Positions 1-12,119 of a stretch of 64,000 nt of DNA are shown here, in pieces. The notes below the pieces were generated by a model, which saw only the letters and a list, made by a program, of their open reading frames with translations, searched no databases and was not told the DNA's origin. Made by a program: the position numbers and the translations under genes. The stretch is from Rhizophagus irregularis. Taxonomy: Eukaryota. How positions within the stretch are numbered: the stretch's first letter is position 1; each line of letters opens with the position of its first letter. The stretch lies in NCBI RefSeq assembly GCF_026210795.1, contig NC_089433.1, positions 2,976,001 to 3,040,000 on the forward strand, given 5' to 3'.

Positions 1-690
1 GAACAAAATATTCGCCTGGATGCTTGTAATCTAGCGTCACATTTCGCATTTTCAAATAACTATTACTTTTGTATAAAATTTCTTTAATAAAAATTCCATC
101 AGTAGTATTTGTTTCACGAATAATCATAATATTAACTTTTCTAATGATCTCATAAGTATTTGCAATAATACTACCTTCTTTTAAATATTGATCTACCATT
201 CACAATTGCGATTCCTTCGTAATTGATCGAGAATTAGAGTGAAAATTGTTTGGTAATTCGTTATACATTGTATTTTTACCCGAAGTTCATCATTAACCAA
301 TATTATTGATCGTATTCGTCCAAATCTTCGATTACCATTTTCTATATATAAAACAAATTCACTTGGTCAATAAATTTCTAAATACCAAAGAAGTATAAGA
401 TAAGTTACATACATTTATTTCATTTACAATAATAATAAATCGAAAGTACCTCCATTGATGGCTATTTTTTCTTGGCCAAACAATGGTGATTCAGCCCAAA
501 GATCCCCATGCCAATATTCCTTTTTTTCTTCAAATTCTATTTCCGGTCCGAAGTATAATGTATTGTAGAGTGACGGATTATTTAATATATTCTGAATAAT
601 ATCACAAATTGACAAATAATAACAAGACTTTGTTCCTTTAGACGTAAATGGCGTCTTCTTTGGATTTATTCTAACAGGATGCGTCCATAT
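1..690 (-). pseudogene. Middle part of a CMC/EnSpm-like (Plavaka-like) DDE transposase, inverted relative to its 3' part
   Basis: Minus strand reads IWTHPVRINPKKTP...LSICDIIQNILNNPSLY...YWHGDLWAESPLFG, then after an intron ...LDYKHPGEYFV. Colinear with the paralogue at 24601-28102 (LSISDIIWNVLNNPS...YWHGTLWAES...YQHPSEY). In-frame TGA at 367-369. Confidence 0.8.
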
Positions 691-1987
691 TAAAGCTATA
701 ATCGGATTGGTCCTAATCCGACAACCCAGACCGAAAATTCAGATTGGTCCAGTCTGGGTTGATGCTTCAACCCGGACCAAAATATTTGGTCCAGTCCGGT
801 CCGGTTTCGGATTATAAATCTAACCTGGACTGAAAAAACGGGTTGGGACTGAACCGGACTGATAAATATTTTCGCAATGGTTTATATTAAAACCGTTGCG
901 ATTATTTAATTATTAAATAAAAAAACGTTGCATAACGTTTTTTTTAACATATTATTATAAAAAAAATGTTTGCGCAACGTTTTTTTAATTAATTTAAAGA
1001 AAAAATGTTGCGCAACGTTTTTTCTAAGTATATTTATTAAAAAAAACGTTTGCGCAATGTTTTTCTAATTAGTTTAAAGAAAAAACGTTGCAAAACGTTT
1101 TTTCTTATCATATTTAATTAGAAAAAATGTTTGCGCAACATTTTTCTAATTAGTTTAAAGAAAAAACATTGCGCAACATTTTTTCTTATCATATTTAATT
1201 AGAAAAAATGTTTGCGTAATGTTTTTCTAATTAGTTTAAAGAAAAAACGTTGCGAAACGTTTTTTCTTATCATATTTAATTAGAAAAAACGTTTTCTAAT
1301 TAGTTTAAAGAAAAAACGTTGCGAAACGTTTTTTCTTAGGCCAAAGAAATAAAATTATTCGTTTCTCATGAAAAAAAATTGCTAAATTTGACCCAGCCGC
1401 CCAGAAAAAAAATTATTTTTTAATAAAGATTTAGCCGATTCCTAGAAGTTGATTGGTTGATTTAATAAATTTTTGCCCGGGTCACCGGGTGGAAAAAAAA
1501 ATTATTTTTTTATGATTATGATTGGTCAAAACTAAAATCACATAACTAAATAAAATATCTTTTTTTAACATTTACATGACCCGCCCGGTTATGAGAAACG
1601 AATAATTTTATTTACTTGGCCTTATCATATTTAATTAGAAAAAATGTTTGCGCCACATTTTTCTAATTAACTTAACGAAAAAACGTTGCAAAATGTTTTT
1701 TCTAATTATATTTAATTAGAAAAAACGTTTTCGCAACATTTTTTTAATTAACTTAACGAAAAAATGTTGTGAAATGTTTTTTTTAAGTAATTATAATTAA
1801 AAAACATTTTCGCAACATTTTTTTATTATAGGACCAGACCAGACCAGACCAAAATAACTGGTCCGGTCCGGTCTGATCCTGGATTCTCCTTTTAATATAA
1901 ACCGGACCGGACCGAAATGAACTAATTTTTCGGTCTGGTCTTGGGTTACTCTCCAACCCGGACCAATCCGGACCATTTAGAGCTTTA
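691..1987. mobile_element. Non-autonomous hAT-like element (MITE) with internal palindromic repeat array
   Basis: Imperfect TIRs taaagct...cggattggtcc / ggaccaatccgg...agcttta; subterminal (gaccg/ggtcc)n; core of aaaaacgttgcgaaacgttttt units. The 8-bp flanks differ (gtccatat vs tgaagtac). Confidence 0.8.
1339..1621. mobile_element. PIF/Harbinger-type MITE nested in the hAT MITE
   Basis: About 30-bp TIR ggccaa..aaataaaattattcgtttctcat; TTA target duplication at 1336-1338 and 1622-1624. Removing it restores the host repeat tttttcttatcatat. Confidence 0.9.
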
Positions 1988-4118
1988 TGAAGTACATCCA
2001 GATTTTCATTGCAGAAGGATTAAAATCTTTTGTGATCTCTATTTTGATGACTTTGGTACTTTCAGAAACGTCTATCACAGCCTTGGAGGACTTTATCTTC
2101 AATTTGGAAACATGAAATTTAAAAGTCATCAAAAATTAAGAAACCACTTTCTAGTTGGATTCGTCCCCTTTAAGGGAAAATTTGAGGATACTATAAAACC
2201 TTTTATTCAAGATATTCAGCAACTTGAATGTGGATTTTTAATGACAATTGATAATGAACAAGTATGGGTTTCAGGAGGGCTTGGAATTACTATAGCTGAT
2301 CTTCCACAAGGGAATGATCTTGCTGGTACTCTTAGACATAATGCAACACATGGGTGTTGAACTTGTAAAGCTTCATGTGATAATTTAACGGATATATCAT
2401 TTGATATTGCTAAGCATGGACGTTATCATCATTTAACAAATATTGAGTTTGAAAATATACAGCGTTTGCCTAATATGTTACAAAAACATGCCCTTGCAAG
2501 TTCATTAGGTTTTGGATTAATTCCAAATCCACTAGATCAATTAATTCGTGATCATCATATTAGTACACCACAGGATATTTTTCATTGCTTTGCAGGTAAA
2601 GCAAATAGACTTCTTATTGCAACATTCAGACTTTTGACAAATTCTGGTGAAAATACTTTTACAAGAACATGGAAATTTTTTGAAGTACCATCTTGTTGGT
2701 CACGACAGAAAAATCCAATAACACATCTTGCATGTTATTTTATGTCAGATATTTTGCGCCTTACTATGATTATTCCTTTTATTTTATACAGATGTCTTAC
2801 AACTAACCTTTTGAAACGTGAAGTTTTAACAAATATGAAGGAAAGAATGAATTTACAATCTTATCGTCATGTGATTAATAAGATAATTAAATGCTGGGTT
2901 CAATTTTCATTAACAACTCGTATGGTATTTTCAAAAACTCTGATGAAAGTAGATTATGAAACTATACAAAAAATGTTAGAATTAGAGTGCAAAATGCTAT
3001 TAGAGGTAGTGTAATCTACATTTTATAATAAGATAATTTAATATCTACTAATTTTAGTATATATTTAATAGGTTTTTCCTGAACAATTTAGTGGACTTCC
3101 AAATCTTCATATAAACCGGCACATTGTTGCACATGCTAAAACTTATGGAACAGCTTTGAATACATCTGTTTCTGTTAAAGAAATGGTCCATCGAATACAT
3201 AAAGGGGTTGTATCACATACGAATAAGAAAATGTTGAATTTGATTTAATTAAACGTGATAATACTTTACAAACTTTAAGATATCTTTTAGCAAGATATTC
3301 AGTTTGAACATATTATTGGTCAAGGTATTCAAAATATCGTTAATGATGTTGCATTAAGACCTTTATTGAATAGCTGGTATATAATTTCATCACTATTGCC
3401 AAAAATATATGATGAAGATGACATTGAAAGTATGTATATCGTTTTTATATTTATTTTTTTATTGTATGGTACGTAATTATCTTACATTTTAACATAATTT
3501 TTAATACTATTAATGATTATAGAAGCAAATATAATAACATGTATACCAGAAATAATGGATATTAATGTAAGATTGAAGTGGAATAAATACCAACGCAATC
3601 AAGAAAATTTTACTATTGGAAAACATCTTAATGGATACTTATCTAACGAACTTGCTAATGCATATACAGAGTATTATAATGATAGAGGTGCTATGATAAA
3701 TTCAAAAGTGGAATTTTATAACAATATTTCGTATGTTGTTAAAGAAGATGACTGTTTTGTTGATGTACAATTAAATGTAGGAGATATTGTTGACGTATTT
3801 GAAGAAGGTGAAACTGAAGAATCTTATGCTATTATTAAAGGAATTTTTACTCATCATGAACGTTCAAGAAAGTTACATGCATTTGTAATTTTTGACTGGT
3901 TTGAAAAAATCAGAGAAAATTCAATGTTAAAATGTCCAAAATATAGATTACAAGCACTCGAAGAAACACAATGGAATAGGGTATTTTCAATATCATTAAT
4001 TGATCATAATCCAAGAGTTCATTTTGTGCATGATTGTAATGGAGATTGTAATAATGATAAACATGATTTTACAAATCGTTACTATTTGAAAAATATGTAT
4101 TATTATTTAGCAGTATAA
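1988..4118 (+). pseudogene. 3' part of the CMC/EnSpm-like transposase, with a BAH-like C-terminal region
   Basis: Motifs LYFDDFGTFRNVYHSLGGLY..GNM, ADLPQGNDLAG, C*TC (CRTC in the paralogue), PQDIFH, LPNLHI..H, and C-terminal VHFVHDC..C...H..YYLKN. Introns near 3006-3071 and 3430-3520; stop at 2358-2360 and frameshifts. Confidence 0.8.
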
Positions 4119-4480
4119 TAATAAAATATTGATATTTTAACAATATATTAATAATAATCCATAAAATTGTAAAATGATATCGTAAAATGGTTTTAAATGC
4201 ATAATTATGGGGATATATTTTATAATATCTTTGTAATTATCGGAAATAGGGGTTTAACGTGATTGTCAGAATAATTTTTTATTATATAAAATATCTTTAC
4301 AATCTTATTAAAATACAGATTTTAAGCCCTTTTATGATATTATAAAAGCATTACATGATATCTTGAAAAAATTGCTTTGCCCAGTTAAGTAAATACCAGT
4401 AGTATGTTTACCAGACATAATTTACTAATTCAATTTTTTATAAATGGCATAAAACTTTTTTTGTCCCATATCCCATATTA

Positions 4481-6876
4481 TTTTTTTTTATTTTATCAAT
4501 AAATTGACATCGATTGGGCCAGAAAAGGCCGTAGGAAAGAGCACTAAAATTATAGGCTAACTATATTCCGTGTGCGTATTCTGAAACTAACCTTTGCAAA
4601 AGTTATCGACGCCTATCTTTCACAGTCCAATTATCAATAACAATTAGAGGGTATCTGTACATGAGAGAAGACCCGTATTTTTCTTTCAACCATAAAGACC
4701 GCCACCTGTAAATACTGTTAGAGGTGGAATGGTTCCCACTATTTTAAGTTGTTTTAAATGGGGTAATATATATTGAAACAGGTGTGTAATGACTCCAAAA
4801 AATACAAATAAATGAAGAGAGAAAAAGAAAAAAGAAAAAACTATAGTATAGCCAACTGGGAGTTTATATAAAAAAACAGTTGGCGGACTAATATATATAA
4901 AAAAAAAGGTATTAAAAGCTAAGGCTCAAGGGCATTAGCGGGAACAGGTAAAAAATCCAGTGATAACTTTAATCTTTTAGTTCGAAGAACTGAGTTATGG
5001 AGATTGAGTAGATCCCGAACATCAGAAAGGTAAGCCTTGCATTTTTCAGTTTTGAGTCGACTGGGTGATCAGTTGGTTGAAAGAAGTTAATAAAATAAGA
5101 GACAGCGGTGCCATACCAAGCACCGCTATTCTGTATATTTATAGATTTATCGATATAATTGTCATATGTAGACTGGGAGATTGAACCAGTAGCTAAGAAC
5201 CATTTAGGGGTGTAGGGAATTAGAGGTGGAGAAGCAATCTTTGCAGGAGTGGGAATGGGAACAAGAGTTTCCAAAGTATTAGAGCGTTCACGTCTAAATG
5301 CGGTAGGTAATTCCTTGATTAGAGGTCTTGTTTTAACGTTAACAACGTGAGGAGTCTCCCTCAAAATCTGGTGCTGTGGAGTAAAGGATTGTGAGGATGA
5401 TGCAACAGGTCGGGAGGTTGAAGCTGTGAGTGAGTCATTGTTTAAAAGGTAGATGACCAGGCTGTAAATAAAGTGTCATTAGACAGATCGTTGCACATCG
5501 TACGGGTGTAAGATGGTGGTAACGAGATGGGAAAAGAATAATCATCCCAAAATTGAAACTCATCGTGATTTATATTAAATAGATGTTGAATTCTTTTTCT
5601 GATGATTTGGTTTCTGTGATACAGCAAACTGTAGCGATTGCCTTATTCGAGTTGTGATTCTATTATAGTCGCAAGTGAGTTTTCGAACAACTTTGTGACT
5701 TGACGTTGATGTCTGTGAAGTCTTTCATTTTGTTGACATCTGACTGAAGCGTGGTGACTGAAGTTTGTGTTGAAGTTAAAGAGTTCTTTACGATACATGG
5801 AAGTACCCTTGAGACGGTTTGGATGTCTAGCATTATATGCCATATAACGTACACAGTATGAGGTACCTTGTCTGTTGGAACGAACTTCTTTAATTGTTTT
5901 ATCGTTCTATTATTTGAAGAGAAGTGCCACATGATGTAATTTATGAGGTTTCTTAATCTTGTGATTATTCCAAGATTGTAAGTTGTTAGTGGTTGGAATA
6001 TCTAATTCTGAAGACTAAATGGTTAATGAAGGTTTAAGTGTTTTAGTAAAGCTGTATCGTTCTAAGTGTATCTGATGATTAATACAAGCACGTCTTAAAT
6101 TGGACATGATAAATGGTGTAGGAATGGCACACGTAGAGTGAATTTAATTAGAAAGATTTTGTCGGGTGATATGATTACATGGGACATAAATCCCAAAATA
6201 AAAATGATAACGTTTGTATGAAAAATTAAAAAATGTTTTTGTAGAGGTATTTCAGCATTGTGTATTGTTACCACGTGATTTTATCATATCAATTCTATCC
6301 AGTAATTTTGACCGGATAAGTTGAAAATATTTTTGTTGTATGCGTCAGGGAATAACATATTGATGAGAAAAAAAATGAGTCAGCATTGTGCTCACTTGGA
6401 ATTTGATGTTGGGTAAGAGGCTCGTGGAGTTATAGCTAATTGGGGTTGATTTTATGTGGTAATCATTTGTGTAAATCTTGAGGTGAATATCATTAGTGCT
6501 TTGCAGTTGATCTGCAAGCTCAAAAAAGAAACTTTTTAACCGGTTGATCTCATAAATCTTGTTACTGCCTGCTCGATTAGGACGGGTCACGTGAAATTTT
6601 TTGAAAGAAATGAGAAAAGAATTTTTTAATTTTTTTTGAGGTGTCGAAAGAGAAAAAACGTTAGCTGAACTGCGTGGTTCAGCCTTAAGGAAAGCAGGTT
6701 GTATTTCGACCTGCATCTCTCTCAAGGACTAAATAACTGAGGGTTATAAGAGGAGGACTTTCCGTTAAGGCCACCCCGTGGTCCTTAGTTCCTCTTTAAA
6801 ACAGTGTGTGAAAATAAGTGTCTACTGCAGATTTATAGTAAAAAAAACGGAAAGGGGAGAGAGTTTTTTTCAACAT
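4481..6876 (-). mobile_element. Retroposed element with A-rich tail and 15-bp TSD, no reverse transcriptase seen
   Basis: TSD ccatatcccatatta at 4466-4480 and 6877-6891; T-rich tail at 4481-4496 on the + strand; higher GC than flanks; no introns evident. Confidence 0.85.
4969..6725 (-). pseudogene. Disrupted ORF of unknown function with Cys/His motif, carried by the retroposon
   Basis: Reading through stops gives SFFFEL...HQYVIP*RIQQKYFQLIRSKL...FFNFSYKRYHFYFGIYVPCNH...CAIPTPF...RACINHQ, continued by ORF pieces 5643-5843, 5442-5627 and 4969-5364. Confidence 0.65.
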
Positions 6877-7164
6877 CCATATCCCATATTAATATGGGTG
6901 GCAAGTAGGATTCATCCGGATTGTAACACTAACGTGACGTTACACAAATTTCCAAAAAGGAAAATTTATTTTTTTATTACACATGATTCCAAAAAGGAAA
7001 TTGTTATTCCAATTATTTAATTTTGGCCGGTAGGAGAAAATTAAACCATTATTTAGCAAAAATTTTTTAACAATTCAAAAGAAAATAGCTAAAACATTAG
7101 AATTACATTATTTAAATAAAGTTTTATATTAAAAAAATTACACAATCTATAAATATTTTAAATG

Positions 7165-7292
7165 AGATTTGGAATGGGATTTGGGATTTGGGATGGGATG
7201 GGATTGGGACTGGTTTGGGATTGGAATGGGTATGGGATTTGGGATTTGGAATGGGATGGGATGGGATCGGATATGGGATTTTGAATGGGTGG
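7165..7292. repeat. (GGGAT/GGGATTT)n subterminal-type repeat, probably a MITE remnant
   Basis: Run of gggat/ggaat units; complementary cccata units lie at the retroposon target site. Confidence 0.55.
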
Positions 7293-7960
7293 GCCAAAAT
7301 TATCTTGATTCTGGCCGAATTTATAATGTTGGCCAAATTTAGTTAAAATCGAAAATTTTTATATGGTCTAACATGAGCTTTATATATCTTCATAACCTAA
7401 TAAAGTTGATTATTTTGCTAAATTACACCTAGAAATGAATATATTTTGATTAAAAGGGAAATTTTCATATTTAAGAAAAATCGATCTCAAAAAATTATTA
7501 AGCAATCCAATCAAATTTTGTTCCAAACGGGCTCATCCTTTATATGATGCACAAATTTGGTACAAATTTATGCAAATACATTTTTACTGGGTATCATTAC
7601 TAATTTACTTTCTTTCATTACTAATAAACTGAATATGTAACTTATGAAGTATTTTGTATATTTTTATATTTTAAACTAATAAAAATTTTATAATTTCACT
7701 TTAAAAATTTATGAATTACCATACAATGATGTGATTTTATTGCAATTTTTAGCACATTTTATTTTATGATCAAATGTGCAGAGATCATAGTGAAATTATA
7801 GTGAAAATCGTATTAAAATCGTAGTAAATTTAATTGGATGATTTTTCAACAGAAATCACACAGAATTTTTTCATAGGGCATTAATTATCATCATATATAC
7901 TGTATAATGTATTTATAAATCATTCCTAATATTTTTAATTTTCAAAATAATTCCAATATC

Positions 7961-10208
7961 TTATTTGTTAATTCTTTCGGTAAATACAAGTTTTAGATCG
8001 CGGGGGGTTAGTAAGAACTGAGCGTTTAATAATAATTTGTCCTTATTAATGCTATTTTCAGGGAGAGTCCATTTATATTTGAGCACTTTAAAAGGAATGA
8101 TATAAATTACTTATTTGGTTCAACTATAAATAAATTAAGCAATTTAAATATATTTTACTCACGGATCATTGAAAGAATAATTCTTTGTTCCATTAAAGAT
8201 AAATTTTGTCCGACACTATATGTTTTTAAGAAAAAATTTAATTTTAAAATGTGGTAAAATTATTTTATATTTGTAAAAAGAAGTACATGCTGTATATACC
8301 AATTTCTTGGACCAGAAGAAAAAGTAACCCAAGAATATGCGTGTCTTTTCTCGCTACTTAAAAATCTTTCAGGGTCGTATTGATTAGGATTTTTCCAATA
8401 TTTTGGATTATGATGAATTTGCCAAGCATTTACCATACATATAGTATTTGTTGGTAGAGTATAGGGGCCAAGCTTAACTGGCTTATTTAATCTTCTAGCA
8501 GTTATTATTGGTGCCGGTGGATAAGCTCGTAAAGATTCTTTAATAATTGCATTGACATATTTCAATTCCTAATATATATAGTTATATACAGTACACATAA
8601 TATATATGAGTAAAATACAGTAAAATTGTAAAATGTGAAAATTAATAAATTATAGTAATGGCTTAATAGTACCTTTAATTGATCTGAATTTGGTATAATT
8701 GGTTCGTTACCAAGAATATTAATTACTTCTGCTCGTGCTTTTTCTTGCATTTCCTATTTATTTTGAATTACAAACAAATTAATGAAAAGATGTAAATTTT
8801 GAAAAATCAACCACAAAAATTTACCACTTACTGGATATTTTGCAAGAAAATAAAGCGAAACACTCAATGCTATTGAAGTGCCTAAAAAAAAAATTTTTTT
8901 GAAATTTTAAATAAAGATCTTTGTAATTCATAAATAAATTTTCTGTCCCCAGAAATTTATGTCCTAATTTAATCTAATATGTACGTACTACAACGCACAA
9001 TTTTAAACTTACTATCATGTCCTGCAGCAAAAATGCTCGCCAACTCATCCCTTAATTGTTTTATATCGGTATTAATTTCTTCTCGTTCAGTAAGTTTTAA
9101 CATGCTCGTTAATAAATCACGACCATTATAAGAATTTTTCTTAATCTCATTTCTCCTTGCTTCTATAACATCATAAATGAATCCATCAAATTCTTTGAGT
9201 GCATCCAAGTATTTTTTGTTAGATTTTAAAGGCAATTTATCTACCCATGGAACCATACGATAGAGAGGAGATCCAACAATTGAAACAACATATTTATAAG
9301 AACTTATAAGATGAGAAACTCCTTCGGATTCTAAACACTAAAATATAATCTTTTTTAGATTGTAATAATTAGTACTAAAGAAATATATATATCTTCCAAC
9401 TCTTACTCCAAACTTATGTCCAAAGCCCAATTTTCCCAATGCTTCAATTGTAACACGTTGCATAGTTTCGTATACATCAATTGGTCGATTTAATTTTGGT
9501 TTCATGAAAGCAAAAAGGTCCATCGTAGTTTCACCAACAATTTCTGGAGATAAGGCAATATTGAATGCAGAATTCGCTAAATTCCTATGAGTTCTCCATT
9601 TCTATAAAATAGTCAATATTACTTTAAGTATTAACGATTCTACTTAGGGAATAACGGCATTAACGCGAATAATGCTTATAAAAATCGAAGTCGAGATTAC
9701 ATACATCTCCATTAGCAAATGGTAATCCAGACCCGAAAAATTTATCTAAAAAACTACCAGGATCTGGTTCGAATTTGGTAGCATCATCCTCTAATAAATA
9801 ATTTTAATTATTTAAGGGAACGTTTTGTTATGTTTTAACTGTACCGCACATTAAAAAAACAAATTACCTGATTCAGTCAATAAAATTTTAGCATATTCAG
9901 GGCTTGCGATACTTACTGAGCCGAAGTAACTCTATAAAAGTAAATAAATATATATTTTTTAATAAATAAGAGAAATTAAGATAAAAATGGGTGACATTGA
10001 TATTTACAAAATAAATTCCATGGTCTCCTGAACGTCTTTGAATTAAATCCTCAATTTCATCATAGTTTTTTTGTTGTAAATTGGCCCACAATATTTCTAA
10101 TGTAGAAACATTTGGAATACTCTCAAGTCCTTCAGGTTTTTTATTAATTTTACGAATGAAATTAATAACAACAATCAAGATAATAACGAAAAATATTGAT
10201 ATAAACAT
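7961..10208 (-). CDS. Cytochrome P450 monooxygenase, multi-exon, apparently intact
   Basis: N-terminal TM anchor MFISIFFVIILIVVINF; WRTHR (WxxxR); I-helix AGHDST; KESLRAYPP (ExxR); PERF; heme motif FSSGPRNC|VG split by a GT-AG intron; ends LVFTERINK*. Confidence 0.95.
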
Positions 10209-12119
10209 TTTTTTGTTTAAAAGTACATGCTGTAGGTACTGTACAGACAGTATATTTATATAATTACTTGTTACATGAAACATTATAGGCCCAATTTAGT
10301 AAGGTATTTTGGTCTTTCGAGATTTACGAATTATAAAATTCGGAAGGTTTTATCTAACCTGAATGCAAAATTATCATGCACTTGATTATGCCTACGGCAC
10401 CCCATAGAAAATTTAAAATACACATGACGAACTATATTAGTTCCCTTAATTTGTATAAGCATTGTATTAGAAATTTCTCTTTTTAGCTAAGGGGTGAAAA
10501 TTATTTTAATTAATGATCGACAAGTGATGCGACATTTCCGATGGCTGTTAATTTCGCAAATATATCGTTTTTTATTAAGGAGGTGATGCTTTTTGATTAA
10601 AGAAGTGGGTTGTACAAACTATTGTTGAAAAAAATGTATCGTTTTTGATTATTGAAAAAAATGTATCATTTTTGATTATTCGGTAGTGTCACATGGCATG
10701 CGCAGTGCATGCGCTAATTGCGCTATGTACTGTACTACAGTACTATTATTTTTCGCGTTTAACGGATAATCGATGAATTTATGAATTAAACTACCGCTAT
10801 TTTCCATTTTTCATATTATTTACTCAACCTTTATTAAAATTAAATAATTAATGAAGTACTTTTACTAATAGCAACTCTTTACAATTAATTTAATATATGA
10901 AAATTGCTAAGCTTGTAAATATCAATACATATATATATTTAGACAAATTAATATTATTTTGCTATAATATATAATTTATATCTAAGATTCTTTTTATGTC
11001 CATAAATTAATACTTTATTATGTAATTTTTACAAAGTTATTATTAGTTAACTTTTTGAAAAACTGAAATTTTAAAAACACCAGATTTTATTAATGAAACC
11101 GCCTTTGTCGTATTAAGTAATTCGATTCTCCATAAAATTTTACATATATTCGAGCAATTAAAATAATATTTATTCTCCATTAATAAGTTGCATCTGGAGG
11201 TTGAAACTAAAAAAAATGAAAAAAGTTGGCGTAATGGAAATTTTTTATACAATTATTATATTATTAAAAAAATTATTAAAATAGATAGAGAAAAGTTCAA
11301 AAAATAAAAGTTTATTAAGGTTCATAGTATATTATCTAGAAAAAAAATCATGTTATATTAGAACTATTTATTGATTATAATATGTTTTAATTAGCAAAAA
11401 ACAAGTCAGCCAAAAAAACCTGACATTTCCGCTGACTGGTATGTATTTATAACGTAACACTTTGTTGAATCAGATTTTGCGAAAGTTTTGGAACTGGTAT
11501 CTGAGAGCACAGCATGTGATTTCGAATTCACATCGATAACTTGCAGTTAGATTCTAATTAGCTGATAATAAATGCATTTCATGACGTTATGTTAACAAAA
11601 ACTTTGCTTTTTTTAGAAACCATATTAATAAGAATGTTGTGAAAACATTTCTTTGATAGCAAAAATTAAATAAAATAAAAAAATAGTTTTCACCGGTCAA
11701 AATGGTGCAATCGGCTGGAAATCGGATGTCCGATTTTAGGTCGATTTTGGGTCGATTTTGGGTTAAAAGTTCCGAATTTAAAAAGTTCCGATTGGCAGCA
11801 AATCGGAATACAAATTCGGAACTAAATCATTACAAATCAACATTCTGAATTAATTCCGATTTAACAAAATCAACATTACGATTTAGCAAATTGATATTAC
11901 AGATTTTGAAATATTTTTAATATTTTTATTAAAATCATATTTTGTAAAAAATGATACAAATTAGCAAATTAAACCCACCAAAACCCAAAAACCTACCAAA
12001 AAACTCATCCAAAACCCTCCAAAAAACCCTATTAAAAATCTACAAAAAACCCTGCCAAAATCCACCAAAAATCCCTATGCAGTTTTTTTTGCACCGATCC
12101 ACCTCATATCCACCCATAA

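Noticed and set aside
1941..1987. N-terminus MGYSPTRTNPDHLEL of ORF 1941-2360
   Set aside because: It lies in the MITE terminus; real transposase sequence starts at 1988.
6640..6800. Canonical HDV-like or hammerhead ribozyme
   Set aside because: No CUGANGA/GAAA core, and the L3/P1.1 pairing of the HDV fold could not be built; kept only as a structured-RNA candidate.
7165..7292. Telomeric repeat
   Set aside because: Units are irregular GGGAT variants, not TTAGGG, and are internal.
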